Origin: Anaerolineales bacterium
GTDB lineage: Bacteria; Chloroflexota; Anaerolineae; Anaerolineales; UBA11579
Assembly (NCBI GenBank): GCA_019637675.1
Contig: JAHBVE010000003.1
Location: forward strand, 473,568-537,567
Reading direction: 5' to 3'
Length of the DNA stretch: 64,000 bases
Part shown: positions 16,542 to 28,733 of the stretch, in pieces
How the letters are laid out: the number at the start of each line of letters is the position of its first letter
Position numbering within the stretch: the stretch's first letter is position 1
Translations under genes and position numbers: made by a program
The notes under the pieces: model-generated
Databases searched by the model: none
What the model saw: the letters and a program-made list of their open reading frames with translations, nothing else
What the model was told of the DNA's origin: nothing

Positions 16542-17927
16542 ATGAGCACGCGCACCTTGCGTTGGATGGCCATCCTGCTGCCACTGGTCTTCATGGTGGC
16601 GGTGATCTACGCGCGCATTGCCCTGGTGCCGCCGGAGCTCAGCCTCGAAGGCAATATCTTTGCCGTGGTGGCGGTTGCCCTGGGGGCCACGGTCTTCTCG
16701 ATCTTCTTTTTCAACATCATTGACCGGCGTGAAGAGGAGATCACCCAGCGCGGCCGGCAGATCGAAGCCCTGCATGAGGCCGCCCTGGTGCTGACGGTGG
16801 AGTTGGACCTGCAGGTAGTGCTGCAAAAAGTGGTGGATATCAGCCGCAACCTTTTGCACGCCAAATACGGCGCCCTGGGCGTGGTGGAGCGCGGCACCAC
16901 CAGCATCCAGCAGTTCATCACCGCCGGCATCGACCCGGAGGCGCGGGCGCGCATCGGCGCCCCGCCCAGCGGGCACGGCCTGCTGGGCGTGCTCATCAAC
17001 CCAGAGGGCGGCGCGCTCATCATTAATGACATACGCAAAGACCCGCGCGCCGTGGGCTTTCCGCCCAATCACCCGCCGATGAAATCTTTGCTGGGCGTGC
17101 CGATCAAATCCAAGGGCGAGATCTTTGGCAATTTGTACGTGGCGGATAAATTCACCGGCGAAGATGAAACTGAAATGCTGCTCAACTTTAGCGAGGAAGA
17201 CCGCCAGCTGCTGCAGAAGTTCGCCACCCAGGCGGCGATCGCCATCGAGAACGCCCAGCTGTATCGCAAGACGCAGGAGCTGACTGTGATCCAGGAGCGC
17301 GAGCGCTTTGGCATGGCCCTCCACGACGGCATCATGCAGTCCGTGTATGCGGCCGGGCTCTCGCTGCAGGAAGCCAAGTACGAGATCGACTCCAACACGG
17401 AGCACGCCAGCCGGCGCATTGACCAGGCGGTCGAGAGCCTGGGTGAAGTACTGCGCGATTTGCGCAACTACATCATGGGGCTGCGCACCGGCCGCTTCCA
17501 GGGCCAGGATGTGGCCACCAGCCTGGGCCAACTCGCCACGGAGCTGCGCGCCAACACCCTGATGAACGTCGTGTACGAAGCGCCGACCAAGTTGAGCGTC
17601 ATCCGGCTCGACGAAGCCCGCACCGAGGAGATCCTGCTGATCGCCAAAGAGGCGCTCAACAACATTCGCAAGCATGCCCAGGCGCGCAACGTGCTGGTCA
17701 GCCTCAAAGGCGAGGGCGAGCTGGTGGTGCTGCGGATTGTGGATGATGGCATCGGCTTTGATTTCGAAGACGCAACCGGCGGCGAAGGCAACGGCCTGCG
17801 CAACATGCGCGAACGCGCCCGCAAACTAGGCGGCGAGCTGGAGATCGACAGCATGCCCACCCAGGGCACGAATCTACGCGTGCAGATGCCGCTGGAGCCG
17901 CGGGCTACCAGCCCTGCTGGCGCATAA
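16542..17927 (+). CDS. GAF-domain sensor histidine kinase (HisKA_3 / NarX-DegS type)
   Basis: It has two N-terminal TM segments, a GAF-like region, the H-box ERERFGMALHDGIMQSVYAAGL, and HATPase motifs (NNIRKHA, DDGIGF, GNGLRNMRERA). Confidence 0.85.
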   Translation: MSTRTLRWMAILLPLVFMVAVIYARIALVPPELSLEGNIFAVVAVALGATVFSIFFFNIIDRREEEITQRGRQIEALHEAALVLTVELDLQVVLQKVVDISRNLLHAKYGALGVVERGTTSIQQFITAGIDPEARARIGAPPSGHGLLGVLINPEGGALIINDIRKDPRAVGFPPNHPPMKSLLGVPIKSKGEIFGNLYVADKFTGEDETEMLLNFSEEDRQLLQKFATQAAIAIENAQLYRKTQELTVIQERERFGMALHDGIMQSVYAAGLSLQEAKYEIDSNTEHASRRIDQAVESLGEVLRDLRNYIMGLRTGRFQGQDVATSLGQLATELRANTLMNVVYEAPTKLSVIRLDEARTEEILLIAKEALNNIRKHAQARNVLVSLKGEGELVVLRIVDDGIGFDFEDATGGEGNGLRNMRERARKLGGELEIDSMPTQGTNLRVQMPLEPRATSPAGA

Positions 17928-19197
17928 AGTAGCGCAATTCCTCGCGGTGCTCCGGGTGGGCCACGTTGATCAGCTCGCTGGCGCGCTCGCGCACGCTCTT
18001 GCCGTGCAGCGAGGCGATCCCATGCTCAGTGGCCACATAGTGCACATCCCCGCGTGAGGTGACCACGCCGGCGCCTTCGCGCAGGCGTGGCACGATGCGC
18101 GAGATGTTGCCGCGGGCCAGCGAGGGCAGCGCCACGATGGCCTTGCCGCCCTTGGAGCGCACCGCCCCACGGATGAAATCCAACTGGCCGCCGATGCCGC
18201 TGTAAAAGTAGCCGCCCATTGAGTCAGCGCAGACCTGGCCGCTCAGATCCACCTCGATCGCCGAGTTGATCGAAGTCATCTTGTGGTTCTGGGCGATCAC
18301 GAAGGGGTCGTTGACATAGTCGGTGGGGTGCAGCTCGATCATGGCATTGTCTTCGACGAACTTGTAGAGCCGTTGCGAACCGAACAGGAAGCCGGCCACG
18401 ATCTTGCCGGGGTGCAGGGTCTTGGCGGCGTTGGTCACCACGCCCTGCTCCACCAGGTCCACCACCCCGTCTGAGAACAGCTCGCTGTGGATGCCCAGGT
18501 TGCGCTTGTCGCCCAGCTTGGCCAGCACCGCGTTGGGTAGGGCGCCGATGCCGAGCTGCAGCGTGGCCTCATCCGGCACCAGGTCAGCCACCAGCTCACC
18601 GATGGTTTCCTGCTCCGGCGTGCCGGCTTTGTGGGCCGGCTCGGGCAGCGCGTAGTCCACCGCCGCCATGTAGTCAATGTCGCTGACGTGAATGAACGAG
18701 TCGCCCAGCACGCGCGGCATCTGCGGGTTCACCTCGGCGATCACCATGGTGGCCGCCTCCGCGGCTGGCTTGGTGACGCCCACCTCGACCCCGTAGGAGC
18801 AGAATCCGTGCTGGTCAGGCGGCGAGACCTGGATGAAGGCAATGTCCAGCGGCAGCAGCCCATCGCGGAACAGGGCAGGCACCTCAGACAGAAAGATCGG
18901 AATGTAATCGGCGCGGCCTTCGTTCACCGCAGTGCGGGCCGGCGCGCCGATGAACAGGGCGCGGTGGCGGAAGCTGCGGCTGTAGCGCGGCTCCAGGTAC
19001 TGGCCGCCGGCGAAGGTGAGCACGTGCACCACCTCCACATTCTCCAACGCGCCCGCCCGCGCCACCAGGGCGCGCTCGATCTCCTGCGGGAAGCCGGCCC
19101 CGCCGCCCATGTAGATGCGCGCGCCGGAGGGGATATGGCGCACGGCTTCGGCGGGCGTGATGTATTTTTGGGCGAAGGTGTTGTGTGAGGCGTTCAT
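17905..19197 (-). CDS. Acetyl-CoA hydrolase/transferase family protein (4-hydroxybutyrate CoA-transferase-like)
   Basis: 430 aa. YITPAEAVRHIPSGARIYMGGGAGFP...EVNPQMPRVLGDSFIHVSDID...SGIGGQLDF is the family pattern. Confidence 0.85.
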   Translation of the reverse strand: MNASHNTFAQKYITPAEAVRHIPSGARIYMGGGAGFPQEIERALVARAGALENVEVVHVLTFAGGQYLEPRYSRSFRHRALFIGAPARTAVNEGRADYIPIFLSEVPALFRDGLLPLDIAFIQVSPPDQHGFCSYGVEVGVTKPAAEAATMVIAEVNPQMPRVLGDSFIHVSDIDYMAAVDYALPEPAHKAGTPEQETIGELVADLVPDEATLQLGIGALPNAVLAKLGDKRNLGIHSELFSDGVVDLVEQGVVTNAAKTLHPGKIVAGFLFGSQRLYKFVEDNAMIELHPTDYVNDPFVIAQNHKMTSINSAIEVDLSGQVCADSMGGYFYSGIGGQLDFIRGAVRSKGGKAIVALPSLARGNISRIVPRLREGAGVVTSRGDVHYVATEHGIASLHGKSVRERASELINVAHPEHREELRYFMRQQGW

Positions 19198-19411
19198 GCT
19201 GCGAATGATACAGAAAGCTGGCGCTAGCGCCAGATGACGAATGTTGCCAAATCCTGTACATTGTCCCTAGCCTGAACGCTGCAGGATGCCAAAATCCCAA
19301 GGAAATTGGGACAGCGAAGAGGCTATATGTCCCTGTTGTGCTGCTGGGGCTGAGCGTATAGTACGGGCAACTTTTATTTTCGGTTTGCCAGATGCAAACC
19401 AGGAGGAAGAC

Positions 19412-19975
19412 ATGAGCTCTGTTGTGCAACGGGGTCGCCTGATCCAGGACCCCCCACTCGTAAAGTTTTTGTTCAATGATTTTCGGATGGCGTGGGTGTG
19501 GCTGGCCGTACGTGTATGGCTGGGCTACGAATGGCTGCAATCCGGCCTGGGTAAGATCAGCAACCCGGCCTGGACCCAGACCGGTGACGCCCTGAAGGGT
19601 TACTGGACCAACGCAGTCGCCATCCCCGAAGTGGGTCGCCCGCCGATCACCTTCGACTGGTACCGCTCGTTCCTGCAGTTCATGCTGGATGCCGAAGCCT
19701 ACACCTGGTTCGCCAAGCTGATCTCGTACGGTGAGGTGCTGGTGGGCATCGCCCTGATCCTGGGCGCCTTCACGGGCATTGCCGCCTTCTTCGGTGGCTT
19801 CATGAACTTCAACTTCATGCTGGCCGGCTCGGCCAGCAGCAACCCGCTGCTCTTCGTGGCGGCCCTGGGCCTGATCATGGGCTGGAAGATCGCCGGTTAC
19901 CTCGGCCTGGACTACTTCCTGCTCCCTTGGATCGGCACACCCTGGGGCAGGGAAGCATCAACGAAAAAGAAGTGA
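19412..19975 (+). CDS. DoxX/DoxD-like membrane protein
   Basis: 187 aa from ATG 19412, with AGGAGG 5 nt upstream. It has four hydrophobic segments and a DoxX-like WLGYEWLQSGLGK motif. The upstream ORF extension is trimmed. Confidence 0.6.
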   Translation: MSSVVQRGRLIQDPPLVKFLFNDFRMAWVWLAVRVWLGYEWLQSGLGKISNPAWTQTGDALKGYWTNAVAIPEVGRPPITFDWYRSFLQFMLDAEAYTWFAKLISYGEVLVGIALILGAFTGIAAFFGGFMNFNFMLAGSASSNPLLFVAALGLIMGWKIAGYLGLDYFLLPWIGTPWGREASTKKK

Positions 19976-19985
19976 CGTCGAACAG

Positions 19986-20018
19986 AAAAAAAAAGAGGCC
20001 CGTACGGGCCTCTTTTTT
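19986..20018. terminator. Bidirectional intrinsic terminator
   Basis: A9, the palindrome GAGGCCCGTACGGGCCTC, then T6. It lies between convergent genes. Confidence 0.8.
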
Positions 20019-20025
20019 GTTTCTG

Positions 20026-20439
20026 TTACTTGCCCAGCAGGCTGCGATGGTCCACCATGATGCAGCGATCCATCACCATTGGCAGCCCGGCGGCCTCGGC
20101 TGTGGCGGCTGCTTGCGCATCCTCCACACCCACCTGCGCCCACACCGCCTTGGCGCCGGCTTTGATGGCATCCTCCACGACGCCTTGCAAATGCTCCGAG
20201 CGGCGGAACACATCCACAATATCGATCGGAACCGGCACAGACGCCAGATCCGGATAGACCGGCTGCCCGTCCACCTCAGTGATGGCCGGATTCACAGCGT
20301 AGACCTCATAGCCGGCCTCTCGCAGGTAGCTGGCAATGCGGTAACTGGTGCGATAGGGTTTGTCTGAATGGCCGACGACCGCGATGGTGCGGGCGTTCTG
20401 TAGCAAGGCGCGTAATTCATCTTGTGTGTGCAGGGTCAA
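20026..20439 (-). CDS. CoA-binding domain protein (YccU/YneT-like)
   Basis: 137 aa with a TTG start. ARTIAVVGHSDKPYRTSYRIASYLREAGYEVYAVNP...VDVFRR is the CoA_binding_2 pattern. Confidence 0.8.
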   Translation of the reverse strand: MTLHTQDELRALLQNARTIAVVGHSDKPYRTSYRIASYLREAGYEVYAVNPAITEVDGQPVYPDLASVPVPIDIVDVFRRSEHLQGVVEDAIKAGAKAVWAQVGVEDAQAAATAEAAGLPMVMDRCIMVDHRSLLGK

Positions 20440-21412
20440 GCAAAACCTCCCAGGGATAGCGCATCCAGATCAGGGTGCGCAGTGCGGAAAAGCCGGCGGC
20501 TTGCATGGCCTCGTGGGCCAGCCCGGCCGGATAGTTGAGCGCCAGCTTGCGGTCACGCCGCAGCTGGCGGCTGGCCGCGGCCAGCAGTTGAGCCAGCGGC
20601 GGCTGCGCGTCGAGCGGGTCGGCTGCCAGCCACAGGCGGTCCGCCTCCAGCGTTGAGCTTTGCCAGCTCAGCGTGGCGCGCAGCCCGTCGCCGTCCAGCG
20701 CGCTCCAGTGCAGGCTGCGCGGCGTACCGAACAGGCGCTGCAGCTGGGCTTGCCAGCCCGGGCGCAGCGCGTTCATCTTGAGCGGCAGCTGCCAGCGCAG
20801 ATCGCGCGGGTATATGTTATCCAGCCAGGCTTGCTGGCGACTCCAGTCTTGCGGCTGGCGTTTGCGCACGCGCGGCCCGCCGCCGGCCGCGGCGTTGGCC
20901 TGCGGCCAGCCGCGCCAGCTGGTGCGGCGCATCCGTTCAACGAAGCCCAGCCCGCGGTACAGATCGACGGCGACCTGGTTGTTCTGGTCAACTTGCAGCC
21001 AGGTTTCGGCGCGGCCGCGGGCGCGCACATCCTCCAGCGCGGCCAGGGTCAGTTGGCGGGCGATGCCGCGGCGCTGGTAGCGCGGATGCACGGCCACGTT
21101 GGCGATCAGGTAGCGGGTCTTGCCGCCTAGGTGCTGGGGGATCAGGCTCAGGTTACCCACCAGCACGCCGCCTTCGACCCAGACCATGCCCATCAGCGGG
21201 GCGTCAAGGTCAGCCGGTTGGGCCGGCAGCCAGCGCCCAGCGCGGGCTGCCTGGCGCATCTGGCGGATGTACTGGTAGCCGTCCGAATCCAGGGTGGGGG
21301 CGAAACACAGCTCCACCAGGTCGGCCACGGCCAGCAGGTCTCGGCGTATGTCAAAGGGGCGCAAGTTGGCGGGGTGATGCGGGGTGGGCAGGTGCACGGC
21401 GTGGGCGCTCAT
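20417..21412 (-). CDS. GNAT-family N-acetyltransferase with a C-terminal extension
   Basis: The acetyl-CoA motif VAVHPRYQRRGIARQLTLAAL is present. About 140 aa of unrecognised C-terminal sequence follow. Confidence 0.75.
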   Translation of the reverse strand: MSAHAVHLPTPHHPANLRPFDIRRDLLAVADLVELCFAPTLDSDGYQYIRQMRQAARAGRWLPAQPADLDAPLMGMVWVEGGVLVGNLSLIPQHLGGKTRYLIANVAVHPRYQRRGIARQLTLAALEDVRARGRAETWLQVDQNNQVAVDLYRGLGFVERMRRTSWRGWPQANAAAGGGPRVRKRQPQDWSRQQAWLDNIYPRDLRWQLPLKMNALRPGWQAQLQRLFGTPRSLHWSALDGDGLRATLSWQSSTLEADRLWLAADPLDAQPPLAQLLAAASRQLRRDRKLALNYPAGLAHEAMQAAGFSALRTLIWMRYPWEVLLDPAHTR

Positions 21413-21457
21413 GTGACGCTCAATTCAATTATAGTGCCGCGTTGATATAATCCTTTT

Positions 21458-22294
21458 ATGCGCATAGATAAAGAGCTTTTGAAGAAGCTGCCACTGTTGC
21501 TGATGTTCGCCAGCCTGCTGGCGGTTGCGGCCCTCTCGGCCCTGCCCAGCCAGGCGGCAGCTTCTCCCTTGTTTCAATCTACCCCGCAGCCCCTGCCAGA
21601 GCCGGGGCCGGATGGGCGCATCTTATACACGGCCCTGCCCGGCGATTCGCCGTGGCTGATCGCCGGCAAGTTCAACATTGCGATTGAGCAATTGCGCATC
21701 CTCAACAGCTGGGGCCCTGACAAAGTATTGCAGGAAGGCGAAACCGTGATCCTCGGCATGGCCTCGGATGCTACTCCGACTGCCGAGTCAACCTCGGAGG
21801 TCGTCGCCACCACCACGCCCGAAGGCACGCCCGGCACCGGCACCATCTGTGTCCTGCTCTTTGATGATGTCAATGGCGATGCCATGCGCCAGGATGCTGA
21901 ACTCGGCATCCCGGGCGGCGCGGCCAGCGTCAGTGAGCGCACCGGCCTGGCTTCCCGCCAGGGCGATACGCTGGCCCAGATCGATACGACCACCGGCCTG
22001 CCGCAGGCCGTGTGCTTCTCAGACCTGCCCGGCGGCGAGTACACCGTCAGCGTGGCCGCCCCGCAAGGCTTCAACCCCACCACCGCCCAGAGCGCTACCA
22101 TCCAGCTCACCCCGGGCGATGAGACCAGCTTGAACTTCGGCGCCCAAGCCGGTTCTTCCAGCGGTTTTAATCTGCTCGCTCCGGAGGAAGGCGGCCCGCC
22201 GTCTCCCTTGATGGGCTTGCTGGGCGTGGTGTTAGTGATCGCCGGCGGCGGTCTGGGGATGTACAGCTGGCGGCTCTCGCGCCGCCGCTTCTAG
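21458..22294 (+). CDS. LysM-domain secreted protein with a C-terminal TM anchor
   Basis: It has a signal peptide ending SQAAAS, a LysM segment YTALPGDSPWLIAGKFNIAIEQLRILNSW...GETVILG, and the C-terminal TM LMGLLGVVLVIAGGGLGMY. Confidence 0.7.
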   Translation: MRIDKELLKKLPLLLMFASLLAVAALSALPSQAAASPLFQSTPQPLPEPGPDGRILYTALPGDSPWLIAGKFNIAIEQLRILNSWGPDKVLQEGETVILGMASDATPTAESTSEVVATTTPEGTPGTGTICVLLFDDVNGDAMRQDAELGIPGGAASVSERTGLASRQGDTLAQIDTTTGLPQAVCFSDLPGGEYTVSVAAPQGFNPTTAQSATIQLTPGDETSLNFGAQAGSSSGFNLLAPEEGGPPSPLMGLLGVVLVIAGGGLGMYSWRLSRRRF

Positions 22295-23310
22295 CTCAAC
22301 GCGGCATACACCGCTTCCAACGCAGCTTCAAAAGCGCCAGCCTGCCAGCTGGCGCTTTTTTGTTGCGCCTGCTGCTCCAGCGCGGCGCGCACGCCCTCTT
22401 CCACTACCACGGTGAGGATCGCCGCGCCCAGGCTGCGCGTGTCGCCGGCGGGCGCCAGGTAGGCGGCCGCGCCGGCCATCGCTTCGGTCAGCGGGTCTTG
22501 CACCGCGATCACGGCTTTGCCGTAGGCCAGCGCCTGGCGCAGCGAGCTGCCCCACGGCGTGGGCGGCTCCGGGTGAATGAAGGCCGTGCAGCTTTGGATC
22601 AGTGCGTGCAGCTCGCTGGGGGTGGGCTGGATGATTTGCACGCTGTCGTGTACATCAAAAATGGCGAGCTGCTCTTGCAGCCAGGCTTCTTGTGCGGAGT
22701 CCAGGCCGGCGATCAGCAACGGGTACAGCTCACCGATCGAGTCCGCCGCCCAGGTCCATGCTTTGAGCAGCGGCAGCAGCGCCTCAGGCTGGCCGGAGCC
22801 GTGGGTCAGCAAATACTCCGCAGGAGCATTTGTGGGCAGGCTGGCCGCATCGCGAGCGGCGGTGGGCGGCAGCGTGGCCAGCGCGCCCGGGTGGGTCGGC
22901 GCGGGCAGGTCGCTCGGCCACAGCAGGCGGGCGCGGGCCAGGCCGCCGTGCGCCTGGGCCGCCGCCATGCGGCTGCGGCCGGTGGCGGCCGCGGTGTACT
23001 CGGCTGGGCTGACCAGGGTAGGCACTCGGCCCAGCAGCGACGCGGCGCTGGCGGTGGTGTGGATGGCGGCCGCGCCGTGCTCGGCGGCCAGCGCCTGCAG
23101 GCGGTTCTGCTCCCAGTCGCCGCGCTCACGCGCCGCGGCCTGGATGCCCTGCACGCCGGGCGGCAGGGCTTCGCTCACCGCCGCCGGCAGGGCCAGCAGC
23201 CGCTCGGCCTGCGCCGGGGCGGCGGCCAGCAGCTGGCGCAGGTGCGCCGCCGCCGGGCTGAGCGGCGCGTGGGCCAGCGGCCAACCGTCGTAGAGGATGC
23301 GCGGGGACAT
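22291..23310 (-). CDS. Glycosyltransferase (divergent GT-B, family 1/4-like)
   Basis: The C-terminal half resembles the GT1/GT4 donor-binding region (CTAFIHPEPPTPWGSSLRQALAYGKAVIAV). The N-terminal half is poorly conserved. Confidence 0.55.
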   Translation of the reverse strand: MSPRILYDGWPLAHAPLSPAAAHLRQLLAAAPAQAERLLALPAAVSEALPPGVQGIQAAARERGDWEQNRLQALAAEHGAAAIHTTASAASLLGRVPTLVSPAEYTAAATGRSRMAAAQAHGGLARARLLWPSDLPAPTHPGALATLPPTAARDAASLPTNAPAEYLLTHGSGQPEALLPLLKAWTWAADSIGELYPLLIAGLDSAQEAWLQEQLAIFDVHDSVQIIQPTPSELHALIQSCTAFIHPEPPTPWGSSLRQALAYGKAVIAVQDPLTEAMAGAAAYLAPAGDTRSLGAAILTVVVEEGVRAALEQQAQQKSASWQAGAFEAALEAVYAALS

Positions 23311-23454
23311 ATGGGGATGGTAATAGGTATTTGCAGTTGCGGGGCGATTTCACCTGCTTGACAAGCGCGCTCATTCACCCGCCAGCCGGAAATTCTCTGC
23401 TATAAGCCCGGCATGGTCATGCTACGGAGGCAGCGAAGTTGTTAGTAATATATT

Positions 23455-23483
23455 TTGACCCCCTCCTCCATCCGCGCAATAAT
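23455..23483 (+). promoter_or_regulatory. Candidate sigma70-type promoter for glyQS (TTGACC-N17-AATAAT)
   Basis: The -35 element is at 23455-23460 and the -10 element at 23478-23483. It sits in an AT-richer intergenic tract about 90 nt upstream of the start. Confidence 0.35.
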
Positions 23484-23575
23484 AACTTTCACATATCAAA
23501 GCGAGGGATCCTTTAGGACATTGCAAGTCCAGCGTGTATTTAGTGACGACGAGGTATAAGCAGCCGCCGTTTATA

Positions 23576-26668
<3,093 letters not shown>

Positions 26669-26669
26669 C

Positions 26670-27287
26670 ATGTTCATCACGCTGGAAGGCCCGGAAGGCA
26701 GCGGCAAGACCTCGCAGCTGCCGCGCCTGGCTGAGGCCCTGCGCGCCGCGGGGCACACGGTGCTGACCACGCGCGAGCCGGGCGGCACGCCCATCGGCGA
26801 TCAAATTCGCAAAGTCCTCTTCGACCTGGGCAACAAGAGCATGCACCCGCGCAGCGAGATCCTGCTGTTCCAGGCCTCGCGGGCCCAGCTGGTGGAAGAA
26901 GTGATCCAGCCCGCCCTGGCCGCCGGCCAGGTGGTGCTGTGCGACCGCTATGCCGACAGCACGATGGCCTACCAGGGCTATGGGCACGGCGTTGACCTGG
27001 CCCAACTGGCCGAGCTGGTGCGCTTTGCCACCGGCGGCCTGCAGCCGCAGCTGACTCTGTTCCTCGACATCAGCCCGCAAGATGGTTTGCGCCGCCGTGA
27101 TGCAGACGGCAACTGGAATCGCCTGGATGACTATGACTTCGAGTTCCACCAGCGCGTGTACGCCGGCTATCAGGAATTGATCGCCGCCGAGCCGCAGCGC
27201 TGGGCCGTCGTCGACGCCACGCGCACCCCGGATGAAGTGGCGGCTGAGTTGGCGCGTATTGCACTCGAACGCTTACAAAGCAAGTAG
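26670..27287 (+). CDS. tmk: Thymidylate kinase
   Basis: MFITLEGPEGSGKTSQ...TREPGGTPIGDQIR...DRYADSTMAYQG. The ATG lies 1 nt after the glyQS stop. Confidence 0.9.
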   Translation: MFITLEGPEGSGKTSQLPRLAEALRAAGHTVLTTREPGGTPIGDQIRKVLFDLGNKSMHPRSEILLFQASRAQLVEEVIQPALAAGQVVLCDRYADSTMAYQGYGHGVDLAQLAELVRFATGGLQPQLTLFLDISPQDGLRRRDADGNWNRLDDYDFEFHQRVYAGYQELIAAEPQRWAVVDATRTPDEVAAELARIALERLQSK

Positions 27288-27309
27288 CGCCTTGTATAAT
27301 CGGGCGCAC

Positions 27310-27933
27310 ATGAGCAATCAAAGCCCTGAATTTGGCCCTGTAACTGAACCCCTGTTGATCGTCATCTCCGGCCCCTCGGGGGTCGGCAAGGACAGCGTGC
27401 TCGAGCTGATGAAGCAGCGCGGCTTGCCTTTTCACTTCGTGGTGACTGCTACCACGCGCCCGCCGCGCCCCGAGGAGCGGGATGGGATTGATTACCTGTT
27501 CGTCAGCCGCGAGGAATTCGCTGGGCTGATCGAAAAAGAAGAACTGCTCGAATACGCCATCGTGTACAACGACTACAAAGGCATACCCAAGGAGCAGGTG
27601 CGCAAGGCGCTAGCCAGCGGCAAGGACGTGGTCATGCGCGTGGATGTGCAGGGCGCGGCCACAGTGCGCAAGATCTCGCCGGATGCGATCCTGGTCTTCA
27701 TCACCACCTCCAGCGAAGAGGAGTTGGTGGAGCGCCTGGAGCGCCGCAAGACCGAGACACCCGAGAACCTCAAGCTGCGCATTGCCACCGCCCGGCAGGA
27801 GTTCAAGCGTATCGACGAATTTGACTATGTGGTGGTCAACCGTGACGGCGAGCTGGACGAAACGGTGGACCGCATCGAAGACATCATCTCAGCGGAACAC
27901 CACCGCGTGAACCCCCGGCGCGTGCAACTGTGA
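27310..27933 (+). CDS. gmk: Guanylate kinase
   Basis: LIVISGPSGVGKDSV...TTRPPRPEERDGIDYLFVSREEF...EYAIVYNDYKGIP. Confidence 0.9.
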   Translation: MSNQSPEFGPVTEPLLIVISGPSGVGKDSVLELMKQRGLPFHFVVTATTRPPRPEERDGIDYLFVSREEFAGLIEKEELLEYAIVYNDYKGIPKEQVRKALASGKDVVMRVDVQGAATVRKISPDAILVFITTSSEEELVERLERRKTETPENLKLRIATARQEFKRIDEFDYVVVNRDGELDETVDRIEDIISAEHHRVNPRRVQL

Positions 27934-28733
27934 GCGAGCGCCTGGACACCCAGCCCGAAGCTGACGCGCCCGAAACCCTGGGGCGCATTTCGCCCCGCCG
28001 TACGCCTGTGCGCCTGCCGCATCGCAGACCCGTGGTCGTATACGTTGTGCTGGCGATCACGGCGCTGGTGTATGCGCTCCAAACGCTGACCTCGATCGGC
28101 TTACTGGACCTGGGTGCCTGCCCATACTTCATCACGCAAGACATCCCAGCCTGCTACGGCATGAAGGTCAACCCCTTGATCATGGCCGGCCAGTGGTGGC
28201 GGCTGATCGCCCCGGTGCTTCTGCATGCCGGGTTGCTACATATTGCTTTCAACATGTATGCGCTGTTCGCGCTGGGGCCTGAGCTGGAGCGTATGTTCGG
28301 GCACGCCTCATTCCTGAGCTTATACCTGGTCAGCGGTTTCTCCGGCGGCGTGATGTCGTTCCTGATGAGCGATGCGCCCTCGCTGGGGGCATCCACCGCC
28401 GTATTCGGCTTGCTGGGGGCGCACGCGGTGTTTGCGTATCGCAACCAGCGCGTGTTCGGCCAACGCGCCCAGGCCGTCATGCGCAGTATCCTGCAGATCG
28501 CCGCGATCAACTTCCTCATCGGCCTGTCGCCCGGCATCGACAACTGGGGCCACTTTGGCGGGCTGCTGGGCGGCCTGGTGTTCACCTTCCTGAGCGGGCC
28601 GCTGTTCGAGCTGCGTGAACGCGGCGAGGAACTGGAGTTGGTGGACACCAATCAGTCCAACCGGGTCTGGCTTGGCACGATCGCCGTGCTGCTGATCTTC
28701 GGCGCGGCCGCAGCCGGCAAGCTGCTGGCCTAG
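27930..28733 (+). CDS. Rhomboid-family intramembrane serine protease
   Basis: It has WWRLIAPVLLHAGLLHIAFNM, the catalytic GASTAVFGLLGA and the downstream H in GHFGGLLGG. The GTG start overlaps the gmk stop (GTGA). Confidence 0.85.
   Translation: MSERLDTQPEADAPETLGRISPRRTPVRLPHRRPVVVYVVLAITALVYALQTLTSIGLLDLGACPYFITQDIPACYGMKVNPLIMAGQWWRLIAPVLLHAGLLHIAFNMYALFALGPELERMFGHASFLSLYLVSGFSGGVMSFLMSDAPSLGASTAVFGLLGAHAVFAYRNQRVFGQRAQAVMRSILQIAAINFLIGLSPGIDNWGHFGGLLGGLVFTFLSGPLFELRERGEELELVDTNQSNRVWLGTIAVLLIFGAAAAGKLLA

Noticed and set aside
20417-20439. The GNAT acetyltransferase plus CoA-binding protein, which overlap by 23 nt, as a split Pat-like protein acetyltransferase system.
   Set aside because: The association is plausible, but both families are very common and frequently adjacent by chance. 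I have no sequence evidence linking them beyond the overlap.
23311-23575. A possible T-box or other riboswitch leader upstream of the glycyl-tRNA synthetase gene.
   Set aside because: I looked for the conserved T-box sequence (AANNNGGGTGGTACCGCG-like) and for a specifier-loop and terminator arrangement, and found neither. Only a promoter-like TTGACC-N17-AATAAT is present. An Infernal scan would be decisive.
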